This document shows, piece by piece, positions 21,379 through 31,436 of a stretch of DNA of 64,000 nt. The position numbers and the translations under genes were made by a program. The first letter of the stretch is position 1. Every line of letters starts with the position of its first letter. Source of the stretch: a virus; the IMG/VR virus record IMGVR_UViG_3300044617_001156; one strand, given 5' to 3'. The notes beneath the pieces are model-generated. The model was not told the origin of the DNA. It ran no database searches and saw only the letters and a program-made list of their open reading frames with translations.

Positions 21379-21411
21379 AAACAAATAAGATTATTGATTT
21401 TCAGTATACGA

Positions 21412-21444
21412 TATTTAGAGAGAAAGCACAAGGGGTTATAAATA
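21412..21444. promoter_or_regulatory. Divergent late promoters
   Basis: TATTTAG at 21412-21418 (minus strand) and TATAAATA at 21437-21444 (plus strand). Confidence 0.7.
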
Positions 21445-21462
21445 TCTAAAAAGTATAATAAG

Positions 21463-22749
21463 ATGTCCTCTAGAGCAGCCAGACTTGCTGGATTTTCTAC
21501 AAGTATCTCACCACCAAGTAACTTAACAGTTGGTGTTGTAACTGCTACAAGTTTCGTTGGAAATGTAACGGGAACTGCAACAGGATTAAGTGGAACTCCA
21601 AATCTTAATGTTGGCGTGATTACTGCAACTTCTTATAGAGGTGATGGTTCTCAATTAACTGGTGTTGGTATTGGTGCTTCTAGTAATGTAAATACAACGG
21701 GTATTGGTACTTTTGGTACTGTTGTTGCTACTAATGACCTTGATATACCGAATGGAACCACTGAACAAAGACCTTTAGTACCAGTAACAGGTTCTATAAG
21801 ATATAATACCCAGTCTTCTGTTATTGAAGTTTATGATGGGTCATCGTGGAAAGGTGTAAGTTTATTAAATACTACTTTAAGTGGTGATATTGGAGTTTTC
21901 TCAAGTTTTAACGAAACTTATTATATTAATATTGCATCAACTGGTAATGCCTCTGATTTTGGAGACCTTAATTTAACAAAAAGAACTCATGCTGCATGTT
22001 CTTCAAGTACTAGAGGTTTATTTGGTGGAGGAACCTTCCCCTTTAGTGCTCCAACACCTGTTTTTCTGTCTGATATACAGTACAACAATCTATCAACAAC
22101 AGGAAATAATAAGTATTTTGGTGAGTTAACGGTAGCACGTACCCAACTTACTGCATGTTCTTCAAGTACTAGAGGTGTCTTTGGTGGTGGTATCATTACT
22201 CCAGCAGCAAATAATACAATAGACTACATCACCATAGCATCACTAGGGAATGGAACTGACTTTGGTGATTTAACCGTAGTACGTAGTAGTCTTTCTGCAT
22301 GTTCCTCAAGCACCCGTGGTATTTTTGGTGGAGGTACTCCATTATCAAACATAATAGACTACATCACCATAGCAACCACCGGTAACGCAACTGACTTTGG
22401 TGACCTCACAGTAGCACGCAGTAGTCTTGCTGCATGTTCCTCAAGTACTAGAGGTGTCTTTGGTGGTGGTCTTACTACCCCAACAGAATCAAACGTAATA
22501 GACTACATCACCATAGCATCAGTAGGAAATGCAACTGACTTTGGAGACTTAAGTGTAACACGTAGATCTCTTGCCGCATGTTCTTCATCAACTAGGGGTG
22601 TCTTTGGTGGTGGTTATGGTCCAACAGCATCAAACACAATAGACTACATCACCATAGCATCAGTAGGAAATGCACTTGACTTCGGTGATTTAACTATGCC
22701 TATTTCTAATCTTTCTGGATGCTCTAATGCACACGGTGGTCTCTCATAA
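21463..22749 (+). CDS. Beta-propeller fibre-tip protein (paralog 4)
   Basis: GVVTATSF.G shaft motifs, stalk domain, six repeats, ends SNAHGGLS. Confidence 0.75.
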   Translation: MSSRAARLAGFSTSISPPSNLTVGVVTATSFVGNVTGTATGLSGTPNLNVGVITATSYRGDGSQLTGVGIGASSNVNTTGIGTFGTVVATNDLDIPNGTTEQRPLVPVTGSIRYNTQSSVIEVYDGSSWKGVSLLNTTLSGDIGVFSSFNETYYINIASTGNASDFGDLNLTKRTHAACSSSTRGLFGGGTFPFSAPTPVFLSDIQYNNLSTTGNNKYFGELTVARTQLTACSSSTRGVFGGGIITPAANNTIDYITIASLGNGTDFGDLTVVRSSLSACSSSTRGIFGGGTPLSNIIDYITIATTGNATDFGDLTVARSSLAACSSSTRGVFGGGLTTPTESNVIDYITIASVGNATDFGDLSVTRRSLAACSSSTRGVFGGGYGPTASNTIDYITIASVGNALDFGDLTMPISNLSGCSNAHGGLS

Positions 22750-22755
22750 GACCAC

Positions 22756-22784
22756 TTGACGAACACCACTAATCTCTATAGAAT
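22756..22784 (+). promoter_or_regulatory. Sigma70-type promoter
   Basis: TTGACG-17-TAGAAT. Confidence 0.6.
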
Positions 22785-22843
22785 ACCTTTGCTGGGTTTG
22801 AAGAACACCGGTATCTTAAAGTAAATAAATACTTAAAAAACTC

Positions 22844-23179
22844 ATGGCCGCAGTCGTAGCAGAGAACTTTAATCTTCAGCAAGGAGAGGACTTTGAACGG
22901 GTCTTTACGATTAAGAACCCAGACCAGTCTTTAAAGAACCTCTCAGGGTACTCTGGTACTGCTTATATGGCGAAGTATGCGAGTGATGCTACAACATATC
23001 CTTTTACTGTGGGTATTGGTACAACCACCAGTAAGATTACAATTTCAATGGCGAGTACAATTACTGCAACATTAGACCCTGGACGTTATTATTATAATAT
23101 CATTACCATTAACGGAAGTTCCAAAAAAGCAAAAGAAAGAGAAGGTTCAATCATTGTAAATGGGTCTGTTCTGAGTTAA
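22844..23179 (+). CDS. Small Ig-like/BppU-N-like virion protein
   Basis: QGEDF...F, LSGY, L.PGRYYY..I and EG.I.V pattern; late promoter at 22825-22831. Confidence 0.6.
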   Translation: MAAVVAENFNLQQGEDFERVFTIKNPDQSLKNLSGYSGTAYMAKYASDATTYPFTVGIGTTTSKITISMASTITATLDPGRYYYNIITINGSSKKAKEREGSIIVNGSVLS

Positions 23180-23220
23180 ACTAAATATCATTATGCAAAG
23201 AAAAGAAATCCAGAATTGCT

Positions 23221-26200
23221 TTGAAAAAGAAATTATTATCACCCACTGAACTCAAGCAACTTCACGCTCAGCAAGAAGAGCAGAAGAAAATTCTTGCTAC
23301 CCAAAAATTAGAAGAAGAGAAAAATAAGAAATTAGTATCACCAAAGGAACTTCTAGACCCAGTAGTAGAACCCGTACCAATCGTTGAAAGTGTAGAAGTA
23401 TCTGAGGTTCCAAAGGACCCGATTGAAGTTCTGCGTGAGCGTATAGAAGAAGTACAATATTCAATACCAGAACCAAAGGATTATGACGAAGAGATTGCTT
23501 ATCTAGAAGCAATCCTTTCTACTAAATTAAATTCAAGTGACTTAAATCTTGAACCAATTCAGAATAGACTTTATGAACTAAAGGAAGAGATTTTAAATCT
23601 TCCTGAGGTTAAGTACTATGATGATGAGATTTCAGCACTTCAAGAACAACTGAACTCCATCGTAATTCCAGAAGTCAGATATTATGATGAGGAGATTTCA
23701 AGTCTTCAGCAGGAAATAAATGCGATTGAAATTCCTGAAGTTAAGTATTATGATAAAGACGTTCGGGATATTCACGAAAGACTAGACCTCATTAAACTAT
23801 CTGAAGATAATACCTTTCAGAAGCATGAAAGTATTCTGAATGAACTTAAAACTCTTACAAAGGAACTTACAAATAACTTAGAGCAGTTATACATTCCTGA
23901 AGAGTTTGATGCGTCTGAACTTGAAAATCATATCTCTACACTTCAAGAGAATGTAGTAGAAATCAAGAATGAATTATCTTCACTACCTGAAGTGAAGTAT
24001 TATGAGAATGAATTAACTGAACTTTCTCAGATGATAGAGAATGTAAGGAATTCTATTCCAAGCATTCCAGAAATTAAATACTATGATACTGAACTTCAAG
24101 ACTTAAGTTCTTTAATTGAAGAAGTTCGTAAGAATATTCCTGAACTTCCTGAGGTTCGTTATTATGAAAATGAAATCTCAGTACTGGAACAGAAGATTTT
24201 AGACGTTGAAAATCAAATTCCAGAGCTTCCAGAACTTCCTGAAGTTAAGTATTACGATAAAGAGATTACTCAACTTGAAGATAATGTTGTTTCTGTTAAG
24301 AAATCAATCAGCGAACTGAAGAAGTTAGTTGATGGTATTGAAATTCCAGTACCAACTGATTGGTCTTCAGATATTCAATCCATTTATAGAGAGATTGAAA
24401 AACTTAAGGAAGTACCAGTCCTTGAAGAAAGTACAGATCCCTTAGTACCATTAGATCAAAAGTTCGCAACTCTTGATGATCTCCAAAATCATTATCGGTT
24501 GTTTATCAATCGTATTCAACAACAACTCGCATCACTTGGTGGTGGTGGAGAAACACGTCTAGAGTTTTTAGATGATATAGACCGTACATCAGCAAAGACT
24601 GATGGTTACGTACTGTCTTATCAGGCATCTACTGGTAAGTTCATTGGTGTTCCGATGAGTGGCGGTGGTGGTGGTGGTGGTTCAGGCATCTCCACTTATG
24701 CTGATGTTGCTGGAATTGCTACCTATGCTACCAGTGCTGGAGTATCAACTTATGCTTCGATCGCAGGTATTGCTACTTATTCAAGTACTTCTGGTATCGC
24801 CACTTATGCGACAACTGCTGGTGTAGCAACTTACTCATCAGTATCTGGAATTTCCACTTACTCAGGCATTGCTGGTATCGCCACATATGCTACTACTGCT
24901 GGAATTGCTACCTATTCTGGTATTTCTGGTATTGCTACTTATGCCTCTAATGCAGGAGTAGCAACTTATTCTACATTCAGTGGTATTGCTACTTATTCCT
25001 CTAATGCAGGCGTAGCAACTTACTCAGGCATCGCTGGTGTTTCCACTTATTCAGCAACGGCTGGAATTGCTACCTATGCTTCAACCGCAGGTATCGCCAC
25101 TGTTTCTCAAGGACTAACAGGAACTCCTAGTATTTCTGTAAGTTCATTAACAGCATCTAATGCTTCTTTTAGTGGTATTGTAACCGCATCAAATAGTGCT
25201 GTAATCAAGACAGGAACAGCAACAACGGCATTAATTGTAGAAGGTGACGCAAGAGTTATTGGTATTCTTACGATTGGTACTTCCAGTATTACCTTGGATG
25301 GTACTATTAACCAAGTCAATGTAGGCACAGGTGTTACACTTCATCATACCAATGGAGTTCAAGTAGGAGGGAATACTCTTCATACTACTGGTCTCACACT
25401 TAATCATATTAATGTCTCAGGTATTTCTACAATATCTCAGTTAGACATCACTAATGGTATCAATGTAAGTGGAGTAATTAGCGCAACTGAATTTATTGGA
25501 AACTTTAGTGGTAATTCTTCAACAGCATCTTATGCTACTAATTCTGGTATTGCTACTTATGCCTCTAGTGCTGGTGTATCAACATACTCAAGTACTTCTG
25601 GTATCGCCACTTATTCAACAGCGGCTGGTATTGCTACTTATGCTTCTACAGCAGGTATCTCCACATACTCTACAACCGCTGGTGTAGCAACATATTCACC
25701 AGTATCTGGAGTGTCCACTTATTCAAATACTGCGGGTATAGCGACTTATTCTTCAGTATCTGGAATTGCTACCTACGCTATCAACGCGGGTATCTCCACT
25801 TATGCTTCTAGTGCTGGAATTGCTACTTATTCAAGTACTTCTGGTATTGCTACTTACGCTACCAATGCTGGTATATCAACTTACGCATCTACATCTGGTG
25901 TTTCTACTTATTCAGAAACTTCAGGTATCTCCACATATGCTAGCACTGCGGGAGTATCCACTTATGCTTCTAATGCTGGTGTAGCAACTTACTCATCAGT
26001 ATCAGGAATTGCTACTTATTCAACATCAAGTGGTATTGCAACTTATGCTTCATCAGCAGGCATAGCGACTTATGCACAAACTGCTGGTATTGCTACCTCT
26101 GCTGGAGCCGCAACGACAGCAACTTATCTTGCTGATGCTGCAAATATAATTACAGGAACAATTAATAAGGACAGAATTAGCACCACAAATGCTCTGACTA

Positions 26201-27984
26201 TTCTTGGTGACCTGTATGTAAGCAATAATATTTCTTTCGGTGGAACAGCAACTCAACTTAATACGCAGCAACTACAAATTTCTGATGCTGATATTGTATT
26301 AGGTATTGGAACCTCATTCAGTCCCACAGATAACACCGCAAATCACGGTGGTGTTGCAGTTGCTTCCACAGAAGGAACACCACTTGTAGATTTAAATATT
26401 GTTCCTGGTGAAACAAACCCATCCACATATAAGAAAATTATGTGGTTCAGGGGTGATACGATTGGTACTGGCCTAACTGATGCTTGGTTATTTAACTATG
26501 GTGTTGGTATTGGTTCTACACAAGTTCCCAATGGTGTAAGACTTGCTGCAGGTGCAGTTCAATTTACACAAAATGATTTAGCAGTCGTAAGAAATGTAAA
26601 CGCATCTGGTATTGTAACCGCATCAAATAGTGCTGTAATCAAAGCAGGAACCGCAACAACTGCTCTCATTGTTGAAGGCAACACCAGAATTGTTGGTATT
26701 CTCACCATTGGTAATTCTAGTATCACCTTAGATGGTGATATTAACCAAGTTAATGTTGGTTCTGGGGTTACACTTCACCATACCAATGGAGTTCAGGTAG
26801 GTGGAAATACTTTACATACTTCTGGTCTCACACTTAATCACGTCAATCTTTCTGGTATTACAACATTAGGTACTGTAAAGATTGCTTCAGGTATCGTTAC
26901 CGCAACTTCAGGTGTTGTTACTTATTATGGTGACGGTCAATATCTACAAAACATTCTTTCTGGAGTTGGTGTTGCTACTGCTGGAGGACTGGTAGGCACT
27001 GGGGCAACTATTTTAGATTTCCGTGGTGCTGGAATTTCTACAGTTACAGTTTCTGCTGGTATTGCAACCATCAATATAGTTGGTGGTGGAGGTGGTGGAG
27101 CAGTTAGTATTGGAACTCAAGCACCACCATCACCAACAAATGGTGACTTATGGTACAGTCCTGATTACGGAAGAACTTTCGTTTGGTATGATGAAGTAGC
27201 ATTAGGAATTGGTTCTACCTCAGTATGGGTTGATGCAGCTCCATTCAATAACTTCAAAGAAGAAGAATTAACTTCAGGAAAAGCAACAAATTCATTTACT
27301 GCAACTGGAAATCAATCACTATTCCCAGTAAGTTATACTGTTGGATATATTGATGTTTATTTGAATGGTATTCGCTTAAGTGATACTGAGTTCGTAGCAA
27401 CTAATGGTTCATCAATAACCTTAACTCAACCAGCATCATCTGGAGATATTATAGATGTCGTTCAATATACATTAGGCATTGGTGCTACTGGACCACAAGG
27501 TCCTCAGGGTCCTCTATCTCAAGTTGTTGGTATTACTTCAAGCATCGTACATTACCCATTAATCGTCTCTGGTGTTGGTAGTGTAACCGCATCCGTCACA
27601 ACAACATCCAATTACTTTAGTTTCACTCCATCCTCAGGAACTTTATCCGTAAATCAATTAAGTGTTGTTGGTGTAGCAACCGCAACTGATTTTAACTCAA
27701 CATCAGACATTAATCTGAAGGAAAATGTTAAGATTATTGATAACGCAGTTGATAAAGTAAATTCTATATCTGGTATTACCTTTAACTGGAAAGAAACTAA
27801 GAAACCTTCTGCTGGTGTAATTGCACAAGAAGTAGAAAAAGTTCTCCCAGAAATCGTACATGAAAATGATGGAAATAAAACTCTGAATTATAATGGTCTT
27901 ATTGGTCTTCTGATTGAAGCAGTCAAAGAGCAACAAGAGGAAATAAATAATTTGAAGACTAGACTTGAACGTTTGGAAGGATAA
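23221..27984 (+). CDS. Giant mosaic fibre protein: acidic coiled-coil repeats, 9-aa repeats, fibre modules and S74-like chaperone
   Basis: TTG start after CTAAATA at 23181-23187; PEVKYYD repeats; AGIATYSST repeats; C-terminal TSDINLK...GVIAQE...LIEAVKE. Confidence 0.8.
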   Translation: MKKKLLSPTELKQLHAQQEEQKKILATQKLEEEKNKKLVSPKELLDPVVEPVPIVESVEVSEVPKDPIEVLRERIEEVQYSIPEPKDYDEEIAYLEAILSTKLNSSDLNLEPIQNRLYELKEEILNLPEVKYYDDEISALQEQLNSIVIPEVRYYDEEISSLQQEINAIEIPEVKYYDKDVRDIHERLDLIKLSEDNTFQKHESILNELKTLTKELTNNLEQLYIPEEFDASELENHISTLQENVVEIKNELSSLPEVKYYENELTELSQMIENVRNSIPSIPEIKYYDTELQDLSSLIEEVRKNIPELPEVRYYENEISVLEQKILDVENQIPELPELPEVKYYDKEITQLEDNVVSVKKSISELKKLVDGIEIPVPTDWSSDIQSIYREIEKLKEVPVLEESTDPLVPLDQKFATLDDLQNHYRLFINRIQQQLASLGGGGETRLEFLDDIDRTSAKTDGYVLSYQASTGKFIGVPMSGGGGGGGSGISTYADVAGIATYATSAGVSTYASIAGIATYSSTSGIATYATTAGVATYSSVSGISTYSGIAGIATYATTAGIATYSGISGIATYASNAGVATYSTFSGIATYSSNAGVATYSGIAGVSTYSATAGIATYASTAGIATVSQGLTGTPSISVSSLTASNASFSGIVTASNSAVIKTGTATTALIVEGDARVIGILTIGTSSITLDGTINQVNVGTGVTLHHTNGVQVGGNTLHTTGLTLNHINVSGISTISQLDITNGINVSGVISATEFIGNFSGNSSTASYATNSGIATYASSAGVSTYSSTSGIATYSTAAGIATYASTAGISTYSTTAGVATYSPVSGVSTYSNTAGIATYSSVSGIATYAINAGISTYASSAGIATYSSTSGIATYATNAGISTYASTSGVSTYSETSGISTYASTAGVSTYASNAGVATYSSVSGIATYSTSSGIATYASSAGIATYAQTAGIATSAGAATTATYLADAANIITGTINKDRISTTNALTILGDLYVSNNISFGGTATQLNTQQLQISDADIVLGIGTSFSPTDNTANHGGVAVASTEGTPLVDLNIVPGETNPSTYKKIMWFRGDTIGTGLTDAWLFNYGVGIGSTQVPNGVRLAAGAVQFTQNDLAVVRNVNASGIVTASNSAVIKAGTATTALIVEGNTRIVGILTIGNSSITLDGDINQVNVGSGVTLHHTNGVQVGGNTLHTSGLTLNHVNLSGITTLGTVKIASGIVTATSGVVTYYGDGQYLQNILSGVGVATAGGLVGTGATILDFRGAGISTVTVSAGIATINIVGGGGGGAVSIGTQAPPSPTNGDLWYSPDYGRTFVWYDEVALGIGSTSVWVDAAPFNNFKEEELTSGKATNSFTATGNQSLFPVSYTVGYIDVYLNGIRLSDTEFVATNGSSITLTQPASSGDIIDVVQYTLGIGATGPQGPQGPLSQVVGITSSIVHYPLIVSGVGSVTASVTTTSNYFSFTPSSGTLSVNQLSVVGVATATDFNSTSDINLKENVKIIDNAVDKVNSISGITFNWKETKKPSAGVIAQEVEKVLPEIVHENDGNKTLNYNGLIGLLIEAVKEQQEEINNLKTRLERLEG
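24685..26110 (+). repeat. Two arrays of 27-bp/9-aa repeats ([AS]G[IV][AS]TY[AS]xx)
   Basis: Arrays at about 24685-25105 and 25520-26110, visible in the translation. Confidence 0.9.
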
Positions 27985-27986
27985 TA

Positions 27987-28724
27987 ATGGGAAAGGCACG
28001 TCAGTCAGCAAATCTAGTCAGCGACGATAATATCTTCGTAGATGTTAGTAACGATAGAGTTGGTATTGGAAGCACTGCACCAACCACAAAACTAGATGTA
28101 AATGGAACAGTCAAAGCAACTAGTTTCAGTGGTAATGGAAGTGGATTAACTAATCTATCAGTATCTTATGTTCCTACTGCTGGAGTTGCTACTTATTCTT
28201 CAACAGCAGGAGTATCTACAGTATCACAAGGTCTTACTGGAACTCCTAATATCTCAGTTGGTTTCGCCACAGTATCAAATAATCTTAATGTAAGTGGAGT
28301 TTCAACATCAAATGAAGCTAGATTTTTATCAGTTGCTGAAAGAATTGTAAGAGTTGATGGAAATACAGTAAGTATTGCTTATACAACCACTGGAGCAAAT
28401 ATTGGTTTATGTACCAATCCAACGGGTAATATTACATTAGCAGTTACTGGAATTCCAACTGATAGTTCTTTTGATAACCACGCCATTTCTTTTTCAATTT
28501 TCATCAATCAAACTGGGACGGCAAGAAGTTGTACGGCAGTGACTTTGAATGGAGTACCAGAAACTATTCGTTGGGCTGGTGGTTCGTTAGCAGCTGCTAT
28601 TGTCGGTGTTACGACATTAAGAGGATATGATATTTACAATTTCACAGGAATTAATACAATTGGTTCCGCAAGTACGGCAGCAAACTATGAAGTTCTCGGT
28701 GTTGTAAATGGAGGATTTAGATAA
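27987..28724 (+). CDS. Short tail fibre protein
   Basis: NDRVGIGSTAPTTKLDVNG motif; shares the AGVATYS..QGLTGTP.I module with 23221. Confidence 0.75.
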   Translation: MGKARQSANLVSDDNIFVDVSNDRVGIGSTAPTTKLDVNGTVKATSFSGNGSGLTNLSVSYVPTAGVATYSSTAGVSTVSQGLTGTPNISVGFATVSNNLNVSGVSTSNEARFLSVAERIVRVDGNTVSIAYTTTGANIGLCTNPTGNITLAVTGIPTDSSFDNHAISFSIFINQTGTARSCTAVTLNGVPETIRWAGGSLAAAIVGVTTLRGYDIYNFTGINTIGSASTAANYEVLGVVNGGFR

Positions 28725-28727
28725 GTT

Positions 28728-29720
28728 ATGTCTCCACTTATTTCTAGGATTAGTTCTGCTGGTATTATTAATTCGACAAGTGGATTTAATGTAGGAAGAA
28801 GAAGACCTGGTTTAGCACTGGGTCTTTATGATTTTACGACATTTACTTTTACTAACGGAACACAAACTGGACCAACTGGACCTGCATTAGCAAATCTTTT
28901 ATCAGCATATAATACTGGTACAAATCCTTGGTTGAATAATACCGCATATTTTAATACTACGAGTGGAATTCAATTATGGACTGTTCCTAAAACTGGTTCA
29001 TATACAATTGATGCTTATGGTGCTGCGGGTGGTAATGGTTCTCCAGGAACCGGCGGAGGTGCTGGTGCTCGCATGATGGGAACATTTAGCCTAACTCAAG
29101 GTGATAAAATAAGAATACTTGTCGGTCAAATGGGAGCATCTTCTGGTTTAGTTGGTGGTGGAGGTGGAGGAACTTTCGTCATGAAAGAAACTGGAACTGT
29201 AACATCAGACATTTATGTAATCGCTGGTGGTGGTGGAGGAGGATATTATTCTTCTTATAATAGTGGGTCGCAGACAGGAACAACATCATCGACAGGACAA
29301 ACCGGAAGAGATGGAGGATATGGTAGAAATGCTGGTTCTGGTGGAGCAGGTCCAAATGGAGGAAGTATCTCTCCAAATTTAAACGATGGTGGAGGAGCAG
29401 GTGGCGGATTAACTGGTAATGGAGCAAGTAGTCCATATTCAGCACAAGCAGCTGCTGGTTCTGGTGGAAATTCTTTCAGTAATGGTGGTAATGCAGCCAC
29501 TGGTAAGAGTTACCCCGGTGGTTTTGGTGGTGGTGGTTCCGGAGATTGGTATTCTTGGACCGGCGGCGGTGGCGGAGGAGGATATGGCGGTGGAGGTAGT
29601 GGATCTTATTATGGAAACGGTGGAGGTGGAGGTTCCTATAATAATGGAACCAGTCAAACAAATACATCTGGAGCAAGGTCAGGTGCTCATGGACAAGTAA
29701 TCATAACCTTCGTTTCTTAA
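28728..29720 (+). CDS. Glycine-rich protein, ALK/LTK-like glycine-rich domain
   Basis: FTN...TGPTGP, GIQLWTVP.TG.Y.I.AYGAAGG, ILVGQMG, GGGGGTFV and VIAGGGGG motifs. Confidence 0.75.
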   Translation: MSPLISRISSAGIINSTSGFNVGRRRPGLALGLYDFTTFTFTNGTQTGPTGPALANLLSAYNTGTNPWLNNTAYFNTTSGIQLWTVPKTGSYTIDAYGAAGGNGSPGTGGGAGARMMGTFSLTQGDKIRILVGQMGASSGLVGGGGGGTFVMKETGTVTSDIYVIAGGGGGGYYSSYNSGSQTGTTSSTGQTGRDGGYGRNAGSGGAGPNGGSISPNLNDGGGAGGGLTGNGASSPYSAQAAAGSGGNSFSNGGNAATGKSYPGGFGGGGSGDWYSWTGGGGGGGYGGGGSGSYYGNGGGGGSYNNGTSQTNTSGARSGAHGQVIITFVS

Positions 29721-29769
29721 GACACTAAAAGAGTTCTAATAGAATAAATAGATGTAAAAAGAAATAAAA

Positions 29770-30849
29770 ATGTCTTTAATTCGCTCAAGATTAGTAGGAG
29801 ATGTTGTCTCCGGTTCGACATTTGCCGGTATTGTAACAGCAACTGGTTTTCAAGGGAATTTAGTAGGCAATGTAACTGGTAATGTAACTGGAAACGTCAC
29901 TGGAAATGTAACGGGTAACCTTACTGGAAACGTCACTGGAAATGCAAATATAGGAATTCTTACAGTAACATCAACAATTACTGTAGGTAATAGCACTGGT
30001 AACGCAGGACAATATCTCCAGTCTACTGGAGTTGGTGTTACCTGGGCAGATATCAGTACTTTTATAGGTGGGCGTGATTCTATTCTAATTGGTTTTAATT
30101 CTGTAGGTCTTAGAAGTGATAGTGGTAATGGAAGATTAGAAGTATTTGGAACTGGCAATTTTAGAGTGTATGACTCTCCAGGAACATTTGTAGTTAATCC
30201 TGGCATTTCATCAATTCGAGTAAGAGTTGTTGGTGCTGGTGGTAATGGAAGTCCATCAACATTAGGTCCAAGCGGCAACCCCGGAGTCAGCGGTGGTGGT
30301 GGAGGAGGTGGAGGATATGCCCATAAAGTAATCACTAGTTTCTCAGCACCAAGAACTTATACTGTTACCGTAGGAACTCCTGGTGGAGGAACAAGTTCTT
30401 TTGGAAGTGAGGTTTCGGCAACTGGCGGTTCAGTTGGATCAATTATCTTTGGAGGAACAGGTGGTTCTGGTATCAATGGAGATTTTAATGCAACAGGAGC
30501 TACAGGTCCATCAGTTTCACCAGGTGTGTTCCCACCAACGGGCGTTGGAGGAGGCACCGGTGCACCTGGCGGTGCTGCAGGAACTCAAAAAGGAAATGGT
30601 TCTGGTATCAATGTTCCGTCACCAGCAACCCCATCAACTACAAGACGTTTTATAAATAGATTTCCTTTTGATATTTTTGAAAGTGAATTAAGCGTCGGTA
30701 ACGGTGGCAGCTCCGGTTCTGGTGGCGGCCCATCTTTATCTGGCAGCCCAGGAGGAATTGGTGGCGGTGGTGGAGGTGGAGTTGGAGGTTTTCTTCAAGC
30801 GGGTGCTGGTGGAGCCGGTGGTCGCGGTATTGTAATCGTAGAATGGTAA
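29770..30849 (+). CDS. Fibre protein with Pro-containing glycine-rich tip
   Basis: About seven GNVT repeats; RVRVVGAGG and GGRGIVIVEW motifs; late promoter at 29744-29750. Confidence 0.75.
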   Translation: MSLIRSRLVGDVVSGSTFAGIVTATGFQGNLVGNVTGNVTGNVTGNVTGNLTGNVTGNANIGILTVTSTITVGNSTGNAGQYLQSTGVGVTWADISTFIGGRDSILIGFNSVGLRSDSGNGRLEVFGTGNFRVYDSPGTFVVNPGISSIRVRVVGAGGNGSPSTLGPSGNPGVSGGGGGGGGYAHKVITSFSAPRTYTVTVGTPGGGTSSFGSEVSATGGSVGSIIFGGTGGSGINGDFNATGATGPSVSPGVFPPTGVGGGTGAPGGAAGTQKGNGSGINVPSPATPSTTRRFINRFPFDIFESELSVGNGGSSGSGGGPSLSGSPGGIGGGGGGGVGGFLQAGAGGAGGRGIVIVEW

Positions 30850-30862
30850 GGAGGTAAAAACC

Positions 30863-31408
30863 ATGCGTTACGCACTCATCGAAAATAATGTAGTCAAAGA
30901 TGTCTTTGAAGAACCAAATGGTTTTTCTATTCAAGAATGTTTTTGTCCTGAATTAGCATCTAAGTATATTCCGTGCCCTATTAATATTGCAGAGGGTGAC
31001 TTTTATGACCCCAACACCAACCAATTTGACGAAAACCCAGATAAGAAATTCCCATCTTATGCTGATTGGTTTAATTCAGTAACAAATAAGAGAAGTCAAC
31101 TCTTATCATATGCTTTGGAATTAAATCCAACAATCAATGGTCTTCCAATGAATTTTTCAAGACTCACAGAATATAAAACTGCATTGAGTCTTGTAATTTC
31201 TGGTGTTGACGATGTAGTAGAAATTGATAGAAAAGAATTTACTGGAGATGATTTTAAATTAATGATTAATGCTCTTAAGAAGTTCAATGAAGATAAGCAA
31301 TCAGTTGAACTAGACCACTTAAATAAAATCAATTCTTTAAATCATGCATCACATATTGATGCTTATGATTTCACCACTGGATGGCCAGAGACAACCATTT
31401 CAATCTGA
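30863..31408 (+). CDS. Tail fibre assembly-like protein (DUF4376-like)
   Basis: MRYALIEN N-terminus; C-terminal IDAYDFTTGWP. Confidence 0.6.
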   Translation: MRYALIENNVVKDVFEEPNGFSIQECFCPELASKYIPCPINIAEGDFYDPNTNQFDENPDKKFPSYADWFNSVTNKRSQLLSYALELNPTINGLPMNFSRLTEYKTALSLVISGVDDVVEIDRKEFTGDDFKLMINALKKFNEDKQSVELDHLNKINSLNHASHIDAYDFTTGWPETTISI

Positions 31409-31436
31409 ACTAGATAATACATCTTACATTTAAATT

